DNA of 64,000 nt from Dehalococcoidia bacterium (GCA_965219085.1 OZ244720.1:2944001-3008000); one strand, 5' to 3'; positions 29,397-39,399 are shown, counted from the stretch's first letter. The notes: generated by a model from the sequence alone, not told the origin. A program made the numbers and translations.

Positions 29397-30626
29397 CTAC
29401 CCGCGCGGCAGCCCGAGCCCGCGCGTCGCGATGATGTTGCGCTGGATCTCCGAGGATCCCCCGCCGATGGTGCCGATCACGGAGTGCACGTTCGACTGCG
29501 TGAAGACCGACTTCTGCGGCGAGTGCTCCGAGTCCGGGTCCCACACGTTCGAGTACAGCCCGTAGACCTTGATGCACGTGCGCGAGACGCGCTGCACCAG
29601 CTCCGAGGCGAACATCTTCGACGTCGAGGCCTCGTAGTTCGGGATGATGCCCCGCGCCTGCATCGAGATGATGCGGAACGAGTAGTTGAACATCACCTCG
29701 GACTCGACGTAGTGCTCGGCGATGGCCCCGCGCTGGCGCTGCAGCCCGCCCGCCTCGACCATGCGCTGACCCTCGGCTGTCCCCACGTTCTCGATCAGCC
29801 GGTCGATGCTCTTGCGGATCTGGATCGCGCCGGCGATGTTCGACCGCTCGAAGTCGAGCAGCGTGACGCCGACGTACCAACCGCGGTCCTCCTCGCCGAC
29901 GAGCTGGTCGGCTGGGACGTGCACGTTCTCGTAGAACGTCTCGTTCGTGCCGTGCTCCCAGCCCATCGTGATGATGGGACGGACGCTGATGCCGGGGCTC
30001 GTCATGTCCATGACGAGGAACGAGATGCCGCGGTGCTTGGGTGCATCCGGGTTCGTGCGGAACATCCCGAACAGCCAGTTCGACTTGTGCGCCGCCGAGG
30101 TCCACAGCTTCTGGCCGTTGATCACGTACTCGTCGCCGTCGCGCACGGCGCGCGTCTGCAGCGAGGCGAGGTCGGAGCCGGCGCCCGGCTCGGAGAAGCC
30201 CTGCGCCCAGCGGAACTCACCCCGCAGCGTGGGGGCCAGGAACTTCTGCTTCTGCTCCTCGTTGCCGTGGACGAGCAGTGTCGAGCCGAGCAGCGAGACG
30301 CCTGAGCCGCCGACCAGCGGGGCCTCGGCCTCGGCCATTTCCTGGTTGTAGATGAACTGCTCCATGGGCGTCATGCCGCCCCCGCCGTATTCCGTCGGCC
30401 AGTGCGGGGCGACCCAGCGCCTGGTCGAGAGGGCGTCGGCCCACTCGCTCGCGGCGGCCTGCGCCTCGGGCGTGCCCACCACCATGTCGCCCTGCCAGTC
30501 GCCCTCCAGGCCGCGGGGGCCGCGCTCGGCGATGCGGTCGCGGTAGTACTGCGGCAGGTTCCCTTCGATGAACAAGTGAACTTGCGTGCGGAATGCCGCC
30601 TGTTCGTCGTTGTCTGCCCAGTCCAT
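29397..30626 (-). CDS. Acyl-CoA dehydrogenase (FadE-type), copy 3
   Basis: Highly similar to copy 2; same ACAD motifs. Confidence 0.93.
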   Translation of the reverse strand: MDWADNDEQAAFRTQVHLFIEGNLPQYYRDRIAERGPRGLEGDWQGDMVVGTPEAQAAASEWADALSTRRWVAPHWPTEYGGGGMTPMEQFIYNQEMAEAEAPLVGGSGVSLLGSTLLVHGNEEQKQKFLAPTLRGEFRWAQGFSEPGAGSDLASLQTRAVRDGDEYVINGQKLWTSAAHKSNWLFGMFRTNPDAPKHRGISFLVMDMTSPGISVRPIITMGWEHGTNETFYENVHVPADQLVGEEDRGWYVGVTLLDFERSNIAGAIQIRKSIDRLIENVGTAEGQRMVEAGGLQRQRGAIAEHYVESEVMFNYSFRIISMQARGIIPNYEASTSKMFASELVQRVSRTCIKVYGLYSNVWDPDSEHSPQKSVFTQSNVHSVIGTIGGGSSEIQRNIIATRGLGLPRG

Positions 30627-30654
30627 CGTGTCCTCCGTAATCACTATGTCTTGC

Positions 30655-30696
30655 GGGCCTTATAGCACCTTGAGGCACGCCTCACCACACGCGGCC
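30655..30696 (-). promoter_or_regulatory. Second copy of the promoter/operator block
   Basis: gggccttatagcaccttgaggcacgcctcaccacacgcggcc; palindrome at 30671-30684. Confidence 0.6.
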
Positions 30697-30765
30697 ATCC
30701 GGGCAGCACCGCACACCGCCCCCGGCGTGCATACTGTCCGCGCCATCCGACCGCCGAGGACGCCC

Positions 30766-32169
30766 ATGCCTGCACCCGACCTGCAAGAGCAACTCCGCCC
30801 GCTCTTCGACCCTCGGAGCGTCGCCGTCGTCGGCGCCACCAACACGCGTGGCAAGTGGGGGAACATGCTCATGGAGCGCCCGCTCAAGGGTGGCTTCCCG
30901 GGCCCGGTGTTCCCGGTCCACCCGACGGCCGAGGAGGTCATGGGACGCCGCGCGTACCCCTCGGTGCTCGACATTCCCGAGCCCGTCGACCTCGCCGTGC
31001 TGACCGTGCCCGCCCCCGTGACCGCGCAGGTGCTGCGCGAGTGCGGCGCGAAGGGCATCCGCGCCGCCGTGATCATCAGCGCGGGGTTCTCCGAGAGCGG
31101 CGCCGAGGGCGAGCAGCGCCAGGCCGACATCGTGAGCGCCGCCCGCGAGGCGGGCATCCGCTTCGTCGGGCCGAACTGCAACGGGATGTGGAGCGGATCG
31201 TCGAGGCTGAGCCTACACTCGCCGACGGCGCCCGCGAAGGGCCGCATCGCCTTCATCTCGCAGAGCGGCGCGTTCGGCGGTTCGCTGATCGAGGCGGCAT
31301 CGCGGCAGGGCTACGGCGTGAGTCGCTTCGTCAGCACCGGCAACCAGGCAGACCTCAACGACGCCGACTACCTCGAGTACCTCCAGGACGACCCCGAGAC
31401 CGACGTCATCGCGCTTTACATCGAGGGGCTGAAGGACCCGAGGCGGTTCCTCGAGACCGCCCGACGCGTCGTGGCGACCAAGCCGGTGCTTGTCTACAAG
31501 GCTGGCCGCAACCCCGTCGGCGCTCGCGCCGTGCACTCGCACACCGCCTCGCTGATGGTGCCGGACGACGTGTTCGACGCGGCCTGCCGCCAGTTCGGCC
31601 TGATCCGCGTGCACGAGGCGATTCACCTGTTCACGCTCGCCTCGGCGCTGTCGGAGGCGCCGCTACCACAAGGTCACCGCGTGGCGGTGATGTCGATGAC
31701 CGGTGGGCAGTGCGTCGTGACGTCGGACAGCTGCGCGTTCCTCGGGCTCGACGTGCCCGAGCTCGACGAGGAGACGCAGCAGCAGCTCATCCCGATGCTC
31801 GCCCCGCACGCGCCGAGGCCTCGCAACCCCGTCGACCTCGCGGGCGACTTCCGCGATGTGCGACTGTTCGCGCAGGTGGCCGACATTCTCGCTGACCTGC
31901 GGTATATCGACGGCCTCATCGTGTCCGCGCCGGGCGGCGCGGGCAGCGACGCGCTGGTGCGCGAGACGGCCGAGCGCATGGCGACGATCCCCGAGCGCAC
32001 GGGCAAGCCCGTCGTTGGCGTCGGGATGCGGCGCATGGCGGACGAGATCTCGTCGCGCGTGTTCCGCGAGCACGCCGTCCCCTCCTACGAGACGCCCGAG
32101 GAGAGCGCCCGCGCGATGCACGCCCTCGCGCGCTACGCGGCGATCCGGCGCGAGCTCCACGGCGCGTAG
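30766..32169 (+). CDS. NDP-forming acyl-CoA synthetase alpha-type (CoA-binding) subunit
   Basis: PRSVAVVGA, ISAGFSE, VGPNC, ISQSGA, STGNQADL, SHTASL phospho-His, NPVDL; no ATP-grasp domain. Confidence 0.88.
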   Translation: MPAPDLQEQLRPLFDPRSVAVVGATNTRGKWGNMLMERPLKGGFPGPVFPVHPTAEEVMGRRAYPSVLDIPEPVDLAVLTVPAPVTAQVLRECGAKGIRAAVIISAGFSESGAEGEQRQADIVSAAREAGIRFVGPNCNGMWSGSSRLSLHSPTAPAKGRIAFISQSGAFGGSLIEAASRQGYGVSRFVSTGNQADLNDADYLEYLQDDPETDVIALYIEGLKDPRRFLETARRVVATKPVLVYKAGRNPVGARAVHSHTASLMVPDDVFDAACRQFGLIRVHEAIHLFTLASALSEAPLPQGHRVAVMSMTGGQCVVTSDSCAFLGLDVPELDEETQQQLIPMLAPHAPRPRNPVDLAGDFRDVRLFAQVADILADLRYIDGLIVSAPGGAGSDALVRETAERMATIPERTGKPVVGVGMRRMADEISSRVFREHAVPSYETPEESARAMHALARYAAIRRELHGA

Positions 32170-32310
32170 CGCCGCCGCAACGTCCTCGTCTGCGAAACGC
32201 CCGTGCCGTCGGCGTATCATCAGCGGCCATGACCGGCCGCAGGCGCCTCGAGGCAACAGCGGGGCGCCGTGACGGCCATTGCAGCCAGCCGCACTGAAGG
32301 AGGAGAGACG

Positions 32311-33594
32311 ATGCCGGGACCGCTCGCCGGGGTGAAAGTCTTCGAGGTGTCGCAGATCGTCGCGGGACCATACTGCGGCTTGAACCTGGTCGACCTTGGC
32401 GCCGACGTGATCAAGGTCGAGCCGCCGGGCGGCGAAGGCTCGCGCGCCCAGGGCGCGATCGTGCCGGGTGAGAGCAAGGGCTTCCACGCCCTCAATCGCG
32501 GCAAGCGATCGCTCGTCGTCGACCTCCAGCACCCCGACGGGCAGGCGCTCGTGCATCGCGTCATCGCGGGCTTCGACGTGTTCACGATCAACGCCCGGCC
32601 GGGGGTGCCGGAACGGCTGCGCGTCGACTACGACACGCTGCGGCAGTTCCGGCCCGACCTCATCCACCTCGAGAACAGCGGATTCGGGAACAGCGGCCCC
32701 AGCAAGACGCGATCGGGCTCCGACGCCGTCGCGCAGGCGTACTCGGGGCTCCTCGCCGGCGACGGCAAGGTCGACAGCTTCGGCGCGCCCGAGATCATCT
32801 CGGCAACCGCGCCGGCGGACTTCCAGGCCGGGCTCGCCGGCACGATGGCGATCTGCGCCGCGCTCTTCCACCGCGCGATGACCGGCGAGGGTCAGGCGAT
32901 CGAGACCTCGCTGCTCATGGCCGGTCTCGCCATGCAGGGCTTCCGCGTCAGCCAGGCGCCCGCGCTCGACGCCTTCACCACCGACATCGCGCTCAAGCGG
33001 ATGTACGAGGTGCGCGAGGCGGGCGGCTCCTACAAGGAGCAGATCGACGCTCGCGGGGGCATCCACGACCAGATGGGTCGCGCGGCCGGCCGCATCTTCT
33101 ACGGCGGCTACGCCGTGAAGGACGGCGGCATCATCCTCGGCGCGCTCACGCCGCGGAACCGCGACCAGATGCGCCGTGTGATCGGCATCGAGGACGACCC
33201 GACCAACACGCCCGACTTCGACTCGAACATCCCGGAGCACCGCAGGCTCGTCGACGTGACGCTCGAGCGCGTGCGCAAGATCATGCTCACCAGGACGATG
33301 GACGAGTGGATCGAGGCGTTCGAGGCCGAGGGCGCTCCCTGCTCCAAGGTCAACTTCCCCGAGGAGATGGCCGACGACCCCCAGGTCGAGGCGATGGGCT
33401 ACATGCTCGATATGGAGCACGAGCTGACCGGCCCCGAGCGCCTCGTCGGCCCGATCGTGAAGATGTCGAAGACGCCGACCGGCTCGGACATCACCTCGCC
33501 ACCACTCGGCAAGCACACCGACGAGGTGCTGCACGAGCACGGCGTGACCGACCCGGAGATCGCCGCGTTGCGGGAGTCGGGAGCGATCGCCTAG
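32311..33594 (+). CDS. CoA transferase family III (CaiB/BaiF)
   Basis: GPLAGVKV, AGPYC, LGADVIKVEPP, NRGKRS, APAD catalytic Asp, PPLGKHTDEVL; GGAGG RBS. Confidence 0.93.
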   Translation: MPGPLAGVKVFEVSQIVAGPYCGLNLVDLGADVIKVEPPGGEGSRAQGAIVPGESKGFHALNRGKRSLVVDLQHPDGQALVHRVIAGFDVFTINARPGVPERLRVDYDTLRQFRPDLIHLENSGFGNSGPSKTRSGSDAVAQAYSGLLAGDGKVDSFGAPEIISATAPADFQAGLAGTMAICAALFHRAMTGEGQAIETSLLMAGLAMQGFRVSQAPALDAFTTDIALKRMYEVREAGGSYKEQIDARGGIHDQMGRAAGRIFYGGYAVKDGGIILGALTPRNRDQMRRVIGIEDDPTNTPDFDSNIPEHRRLVDVTLERVRKIMLTRTMDEWIEAFEAEGAPCSKVNFPEEMADDPQVEAMGYMLDMEHELTGPERLVGPIVKMSKTPTGSDITSPPLGKHTDEVLHEHGVTDPEIAALRESGAIA

Positions 33595-33620
33595 CGGCGC
33601 CACACCGACGCCGAGGCCCC

Positions 33621-34154
33621 ATGCGATCCACGACGTGGCTCGCCGTCGTGGCCGCGAGCCTGCTCGTGGCCACGACGGTCGCAGCGGCGGCGTGCGGTGC
33701 GCGCGGGCCCTGCGCCGACATCGAGCTGTCGCCCGAGGCGGCGCGGTCGCTCGCCGAGCTCGATCGCTCCTCGGCGTTCCCGATCATGCGGGCGTGTGCC
33801 TACGAGCCGGAGTTCACAGTCGGTCGTGTGTTCGAGGACCGGCTCCCGGAGCAGGGGCAGCACTTCCCGCGCGTCAACTTCTCGGTGCATCGCGAGGGGG
33901 ATCACGCCTTCGTGTTCAGCCAGACCGAGGCGCGCGTGCCGTTCCGCGCCATCCCGCTCGGCAGCCACTGGCTACGGGTGGACGCGGGCGGGTTGATCGC
34001 CGAGGGCTTCGCGGGGCCGGCGGGCACGGGCGACGACATCGCCTACCTGCGCTGGCGGCACGACGGCGTGACTTTCGAGTTGGCCGCGACGCTCCGCCCG
34101 TGGCTGACGGAGCGCGACGTGCAGGACCTGGCTGCGGGCCTGATGGAGCGCTGA
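33621..34154 (+). CDS. Hypothetical exported protein or lipoprotein
   Basis: Hydrophobic N-terminus ending AAAC; fills the gap with GC-rich codon usage. Confidence 0.6.
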   Translation: MRSTTWLAVVAASLLVATTVAAAACGARGPCADIELSPEAARSLAELDRSSAFPIMRACAYEPEFTVGRVFEDRLPEQGQHFPRVNFSVHREGDHAFVFSQTEARVPFRAIPLGSHWLRVDAGGLIAEGFAGPAGTGDDIAYLRWRHDGVTFELAATLRPWLTERDVQDLAAGLMER

Positions 34155-34182
34155 CCGGCGCCGGCGGTGGGGGCGTCGAGGG

Positions 34183-34644
34183 CTACTCGATGCCGGCCTC
34201 GCGCTGTTGCTCGCGGATGAACCCGATGATCGCGAGCACTTGTTGCTGGGTCAGCCCCTCGACCGGGGCCATGTTGCCGAAGTTCCAGTGGTGCGCCCGC
34301 ACACCGCGCTCGATGGCGAACATAAAGCTGATGTCGGCGTGGTGGCCGGGCGCGTAGATGCGGTCGAGGAACGTCGGGCCGTTGTTGGTGCCCTCGAGCG
34401 CCTGACCGTGGCACACCGCGCACGCCTGCCCGTAAAGCGCGCGGCCGTCGACGCCGCTGAACCGCGACTCGGGCGTGGACGTTGGCGTCGGCGTCGGCGT
34501 CTCGACGGTTGGGGTGGGTGTCGCGGTCGAGGAGGGGGTGTCGGCGTCGTCGCCGGGACATGCGGTAGCCAGGAACAGCACGACGGCGGCGAGGGCCGCG
34601 ACTCCGGCGGGTGCGATGCGTCTGGGCTGCCAGTTGAGCGGCAC
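34183..34644 (-). CDS. Lipoprotein monoheme cytochrome c
   Basis: LATAC lipobox, PT linker, CAVCH, GPTF, HHW.FGNM axial Met. Confidence 0.85.
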   Translation of the reverse strand: MPLNWQPRRIAPAGVAALAAVVLFLATACPGDDADTPSSTATPTPTVETPTPTPTSTPESRFSGVDGRALYGQACAVCHGQALEGTNNGPTFLDRIYAPGHHADISFMFAIERGVRAHHWNFGNMAPVEGLTQQQVLAIIGFIREQQREAGIE

Positions 34645-34655
34645 GGCGGCGGCCT

Positions 34656-34850
34656 CTACTGCTGGACGGGCTCCTCGTCGCGTTCGAGGACCTGGCGACC
34701 GTTGTAGGTGCCGCAGACGGGGCAGGGCACGTGGTTGACGTGCGCGGCGCGGCACGTGGTGCAGCGCACGAGCTGTGGCACGGCGACGCGGTGATGGCCG
34801 CGGCGCGAGCGCTGCTTCGCCTTGGGGGTTCTACGCTTCGGTACCGCCAT
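34656..34850 (-). CDS. rpmF: 50S ribosomal protein L32 (zinc-ribbon form)
   Basis: MAVPKRRTPKAKQRSRR, CTTC...CPVCGTYNGR. Confidence 0.95.
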   Translation of the reverse strand: MAVPKRRTPKAKQRSRRGHHRVAVPQLVRCTTCRAAHVNHVPCPVCGTYNGRQVLERDEEPVQQ

Positions 34851-35394
34851 CGCTCTCCTCCGGCCCCACATCCCCGCCGGCGAGCTGTTCGCCGAGTCCG
34901 GCGAGGGCTGCAAACGGCCCGGATGCCGCCCCATCGTCGCAATCGCAGCGCTGTTCGTTGCGATTGGTCCCGCACTGCGGGCAGAGCCCGGCGCAGCCCG
35001 TTCGGCAGATCGGCTGCAGCGGGATCGCGGCTTGTTCATACTGCCGCACGGCCTCGCTGAGATCGAGCAAGTGCCGCTCGTCGATGCGCAGCTCGTCCTC
35101 GCCCGCCTCGACGCGCTCCCCCGTCAACAGGTCGACGAGCGGCACGAACTCCTCCTCGATCGTGAGCTCGAGCTCGTTCGCGAAGTGGTCGAGGCAGCGC
35201 GCGCATTCGAGGACGGGCGAGCACCGCACGGTCGCCTGCACGAGGACACCCCGCGTGGTGCGCAGCATCGCGACGTTGCCGCTGACCTCGGCGCTCCACT
35301 GGTCGGCGGGCGACGCCATCGGCTCGGCGTCGAGCCGCGCCCGCCTGCGGCTGCCGACGGGTTCCTGCAGCAATGTCGCAACGTTGAAGCTCAC
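34831..35394 (-). CDS. DUF177/YceD family protein
   Basis: GGAGG + GTG; CARCL, LDLSEAVRQ, PICRTGCAGLCPQCG.N.N..C.C; upstream of rpmF. Confidence 0.9.
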   Translation of the reverse strand: MSFNVATLLQEPVGSRRRARLDAEPMASPADQWSAEVSGNVAMLRTTRGVLVQATVRCSPVLECARCLDHFANELELTIEEEFVPLVDLLTGERVEAGEDELRIDERHLLDLSEAVRQYEQAAIPLQPICRTGCAGLCPQCGTNRNEQRCDCDDGAASGPFAALAGLGEQLAGGDVGPEESDGGTEA

Positions 35395-35506
35395 GGGATC
35401 CTCCGAGCGAGGTTCGATCGTATCACCGGGCGGCCGCTGTATCTTGACCTCGACGGGGCGGGAGGCGCTCAGCAGGACAGTCGTGAACAAGTCGGGTGGG
35501 TCCCGC

Positions 35507-36696
35507 GTGCGGGCAAGCACGGTCATTCGGGCCGGACGGCAGCTCGTTCCCTGCTCCTGGTGAGTCTCGTCCTCGCCTGCACCTCAGACGACGAACCACC
35601 GCGCGCCGTCAGCTTCTATGCCGAAGTCGCAGTCGAGGTCGAACTGTCGCGCGACGACCCGCTCGTTCGCTACGGCCGCGACGAGAATCGGGCCATCGTC
35701 CGCTGGTGGTACGCCACGGATCCTGTGCGCTGGCGCTGGGAGATTGAGGGCATCGATGGCACTATCGACGACGGCATGGCGGTCACGGTCTTCGATGGCA
35801 CGGATTCCTGGGCATACGACGATCGACCGAACACGTTCCAGCGCGGCGTCATCTCCGCTGCTCCGGGGACGATGGTGCTCTCCCCCGTCTTCAGCATGCC
35901 GGTCGGCCCCGCGAACGCTGAGACGATCGACGGGTTCATTGGGCACTGGCGCGAGGGTGCAGGCATCCCCGAGGTCACACGCGCCGGTGAGGCCACGCTC
36001 CTGGGCCGCCGAACGCAGATCGTCGAACTCCGCCCCTCGTCGGGGGACACTATCCGCGCCTTTATCGACCCGGAGCGCATGTTCATCATGCGCTGGGCCG
36101 TCGATGGTGGAGATGGGCGACAGTCTTTCCATGCCGAGGTCACGACGCTCGACTACGACACCGAAATCGATGCCGCGCGATTCACCTTCGACCCGCCTTC
36201 CGGCGCCCGCGAAACGGAAGCTCGCGCCGCCCAGTCGTGCAGTGGCGGCAGCTCCGTTGGTGGGACCGCCTTCCCCGCCGCGCCGGGCTTCCTCAGACCC
36301 TCGTACGCGCCACCCGGCTACCGCTCCACCAGCGCCGGCTCCGCGGCCAGCGCCTACGGTGGCTGTGGCCCCGTCGCCGTCTGGGCGCGACTCGAATCCC
36401 CTGGCGGGGGCTACATAGTCCTCCGCCAGCGCCTCCGGGCCAGCGGCATCCCCGAGTCGGCCCGCTCCTGGCAAGCCGTCGACTCCGGCCTCGACGATGC
36501 CTATCGTCGCTCAGAGAACGGCGTCCTCAGCCTGCTCTGGCGCAATGGCAACGTCGTCGCGCTCCTCGAGACCGACTCCGTCTCCTCCGAAGAACTCCTC
36601 CGCGTCGCCGAGTCCTCGGAACTCGTGCCCGTGACCCGGCGGTGGCGCACGAGCGCCTCGAGCGTGCTGGATCGCGCCACCGAAGCCACCGTCTGA
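35507..36696 (+). CDS. LolA-like/DUF2092-type lipoprotein; no in-frame start (possible frameshift near 35550)
   Basis: LVLAC lipobox, VFDGTDSWAYD, GEATLLGR, FIDPE, FTFDPPSGA, PSYAPPGY; start approximate. Confidence 0.55.
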
Positions 36697-36776
36697 CCGC
36701 CCGCGGGCGGTTTGGCGCGCGCGGTGCGATCATGGGGCCTCTACGCAACGACACGCGCCCGCGAGGAGCCACGCAC

Positions 36777-37694
36777 ATGTTCGACCGCATCCACCACGCC
36801 GGACTCGCCGTCGCCGACCTGGCCGCCGCGAAGCAACTCTTTGCCGACGGCCTCGGCCTCATCGTCGATACGACGCGCTCGCCGCTGCCGGACGGCAACA
36901 AGCAGCGCGGCGCCGACCCGACGGACATCCTCGATATCCCGATCGGCAACGCGGAGCTGGAGCTGAATGCGCCGCCGACCGACGGCACGCCGGTCGGCGG
37001 GACCCATCGCTTCATCGAGCAGCGTGGCGGGGTGGGCGCGCTGCACCACATCTGCGTGCACGCGTCCGACACCCCGAACGACATCGCCCACCTGCGCGCA
37101 GCCGGGCTGCGGCTCATCGGCGCGACCGAGGAGCAACTCGAGTCCGACGAGCCGTGGACGAGCGTGGCCTTCTTCCACCCTCGTGACAGCGAGGGCGTCC
37201 TGCTGGAGATCTGGCCGGCCGACAACCACCGCGTCGGCGACCGCTACCAGGGCGAGGGCGTGTTCACGCGCCTCAGCCACATCGGCGTGGTGACGGACGA
37301 CCTCGACCGCTCGCGGCGCTTCTGGACGAACGTGATGGGCCTGCAGGTCGACACGCTGCGCACGCCGATCACGAAGGGCGGGCGGCTCATCGCGGACGAG
37401 GACGTGCGGGTGCTGGCGATGCCCGTCGGCAGCACCGAGGGGCACGACATTGTCGCGGTGCTGCCGCAATCGAGTGGGGGGAGCGGCACGGCGCGCTTCC
37501 TCGAACGCTACGGCGGCAGCGCCCACGGCACGATGCACCACCTCGGCATCGCGGCCCCCGACGTGAAGGCAGCGGCCGACTTCGTGCGGGACCGGGGGCT
37601 GGAGCTGGTGGCGCCGGCGACCGACGAGTTCGCGTGGATCCACCCGCGCAGCGCCGGCGGCATGCTCATCCAGATCGTCCAGGACACGCAGTAG
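36777..37694 (+). CDS. Tandem VOC (methylmalonyl-CoA epimerase-like) protein
   Basis: Two repeats: RIHHAGLAV..LHHIC..FFHP..GVLLE and RLSHIGVV..MHHLG..WIHP..GMLIQ; GAGGAG RBS. Confidence 0.85.
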   Translation: MFDRIHHAGLAVADLAAAKQLFADGLGLIVDTTRSPLPDGNKQRGADPTDILDIPIGNAELELNAPPTDGTPVGGTHRFIEQRGGVGALHHICVHASDTPNDIAHLRAAGLRLIGATEEQLESDEPWTSVAFFHPRDSEGVLLEIWPADNHRVGDRYQGEGVFTRLSHIGVVTDDLDRSRRFWTNVMGLQVDTLRTPITKGGRLIADEDVRVLAMPVGSTEGHDIVAVLPQSSGGSGTARFLERYGGSAHGTMHHLGIAAPDVKAAADFVRDRGLELVAPATDEFAWIHPRSAGGMLIQIVQDTQ

Positions 37695-37842
37695 GACGCT
37701 CGAGGCCGTCGAGGGATCGCGCCGGATGCTCGTGGACGCCTTGAGGGCGGCAAGATGGACTGCGGCCCACTGGATTTCCTTCGTGCGCGGACTCCTCAAG
37801 CGGTCCGCGCGACCGGTGAACTCCGATCCCAGAGAGAAGGTG

Positions 37843-38565
37843 ATGAGTGCTGAGGAAACGAAACGAAGGACCGAGCTCGCATACTTCTGCTTGAGCCGCG
37901 CTCGTAAGGCACTACGAGATGCCAATAGTCTCAGGATCTCCGGCGACACGATTCCTGACGCAGCGATGTCGGAAGGGTCGAGCCTGACCGAGGACTTCGC
38001 GGTCGCGCTGCAGCATGTGTATCAATCCTGCAAGTTCCTCAACGGTGGATGGCCGTCATGGTCCACGAAAGGCGTACGTGCTGCCGCGAATGACTTCATG
38101 AACGCTTGGCAGGGAGCACATGGTACCGACCTCCGGGATGCCTACTCACACTATGAGGAGGCGATATTCAGCCCCGAACACAGGCGCAGGAACGACACTA
38201 TCGACGAGAGCGTCGTGTGGCACAAACTGGAGTACCCGAGGAACGAGGAGACCGGAGAACTTGCACTAGTCCCATCAACTGTGACCCTCCTTGGGAGGGA
38301 CTACCATCTGGAAGGGATTTATGAACCCCTCGAAAGAGTTGAACGGGAGTTCCGAGAGGCACTGGTACCACTCGCGGCTGAAGTCACAAGTGCGGATACG
38401 AATCCAGAGTTCCGGTGGCCACTTCGCCTCCTTGTTCACGATGACGCGCAGAACTTGGTCTTAGTTCAAGACCATAGCCACTTAGGCGGCGGCATCGACC
38501 AAGAGCGTTGGGAGGCAATGCATGCTGCCCGCGCGACTGCGGAACACGAGAAGGCGGATGGCTAG
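37843..38565 (+). CDS. Hypothetical lower-GC protein with HEPN-like Rx4H motif
   Basis: Visibly more AT-rich than flanks; LRDAYSHYEE motif; start 37843 or 37726. Confidence 0.55.
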   Translation: MSAEETKRRTELAYFCLSRARKALRDANSLRISGDTIPDAAMSEGSSLTEDFAVALQHVYQSCKFLNGGWPSWSTKGVRAAANDFMNAWQGAHGTDLRDAYSHYEEAIFSPEHRRRNDTIDESVVWHKLEYPRNEETGELALVPSTVTLLGRDYHLEGIYEPLERVEREFREALVPLAAEVTSADTNPEFRWPLRLLVHDDAQNLVLVQDHSHLGGGIDQERWEAMHAARATAEHEKADG

Positions 38566-38604
38566 GCCCCGCGCTGTAAGCGGCAGCCTTTTGGCGTGCG
38601 TCTA

Positions 38605-39399
38605 ATGCGCAAAGACCCCCTCGGCAGGCTGCTCCGCGCGGCGGGCGTCCTCGCCTTCGGCGCGGTGCTGCTCGCAACGGCACCGGGGTGCGGTGGGGAC
38701 GACGACGCGATCGAGGTCGCCGCCGCCTCGTCGATGAGGCACGTGCTGCCGCGCATCGTCGAGGAGTTCCTGCGCGCACATCCCGACCTCGACGTGAGCT
38801 TCAGCCTGCGCTTCAACGGATCGCAGGTGCTGGCGACCCAGATCACCGAGGGCGCCAGCGCCGACCTGTTCATCTCGGCGAACGCGGTACAGGCCGAGCG
38901 CCTCGTCGACGAGGGTCTGGGCAGCCTGCCGACGGTGGTGACGGCGAATCGCCTCGTCATCGCGGTCGCCGAGGACTCGCCGTGGTACGGCGTGACCGAC
39001 CTCGCCGCGGGGGGCGCGCGCATCGCCATCGGCTCGCCCTCGGTGCCCGTGGGGCGGCTCACCGTGATCGCGCTGTCCCAGCTCGACCCACCGCTCGCGC
39101 GGGCGTTGCTCGCCGGCGTGGTGACCGAGGACCCGAGCGTGCGGGTGGTGCTGTCGCGACTGGAACTCGGCGAGGCGGACGCGGCGTTCGTGTACCACTC
39201 GGATGTCGCGCTGACACGCGGCGTGCGCGCGCTGGCGCTGCCACCGACGGTGCCGCCGAACGAGTACGTGGCGGTGCTCATGGACGACGCGAAGCCGGGG
39301 ACCGAGGAGTTCTTCGCGTTCCTGCTGACGCCCGAGGCGCAGAACCTGTTCCGCGCTGCGGGCTTCCTGCGCGCGGTCGCGGGCGTGCACGCCCGGTGA
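38605..39399 (+). CDS. modA: Molybdate ABC transporter substrate-binding protein
   Basis: AAASSM, F.GS..LATQITEGASADLFISAN, NRLVI, VPVG, GEADAAFVY.SD. Confidence 0.9.
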   Translation: MRKDPLGRLLRAAGVLAFGAVLLATAPGCGGDDDAIEVAAASSMRHVLPRIVEEFLRAHPDLDVSFSLRFNGSQVLATQITEGASADLFISANAVQAERLVDEGLGSLPTVVTANRLVIAVAEDSPWYGVTDLAAGGARIAIGSPSVPVGRLTVIALSQLDPPLARALLAGVVTEDPSVRVVLSRLELGEADAAFVYHSDVALTRGVRALALPPTVPPNEYVAVLMDDAKPGTEEFFAFLLTPEAQNLFRAAGFLRAVAGVHAR

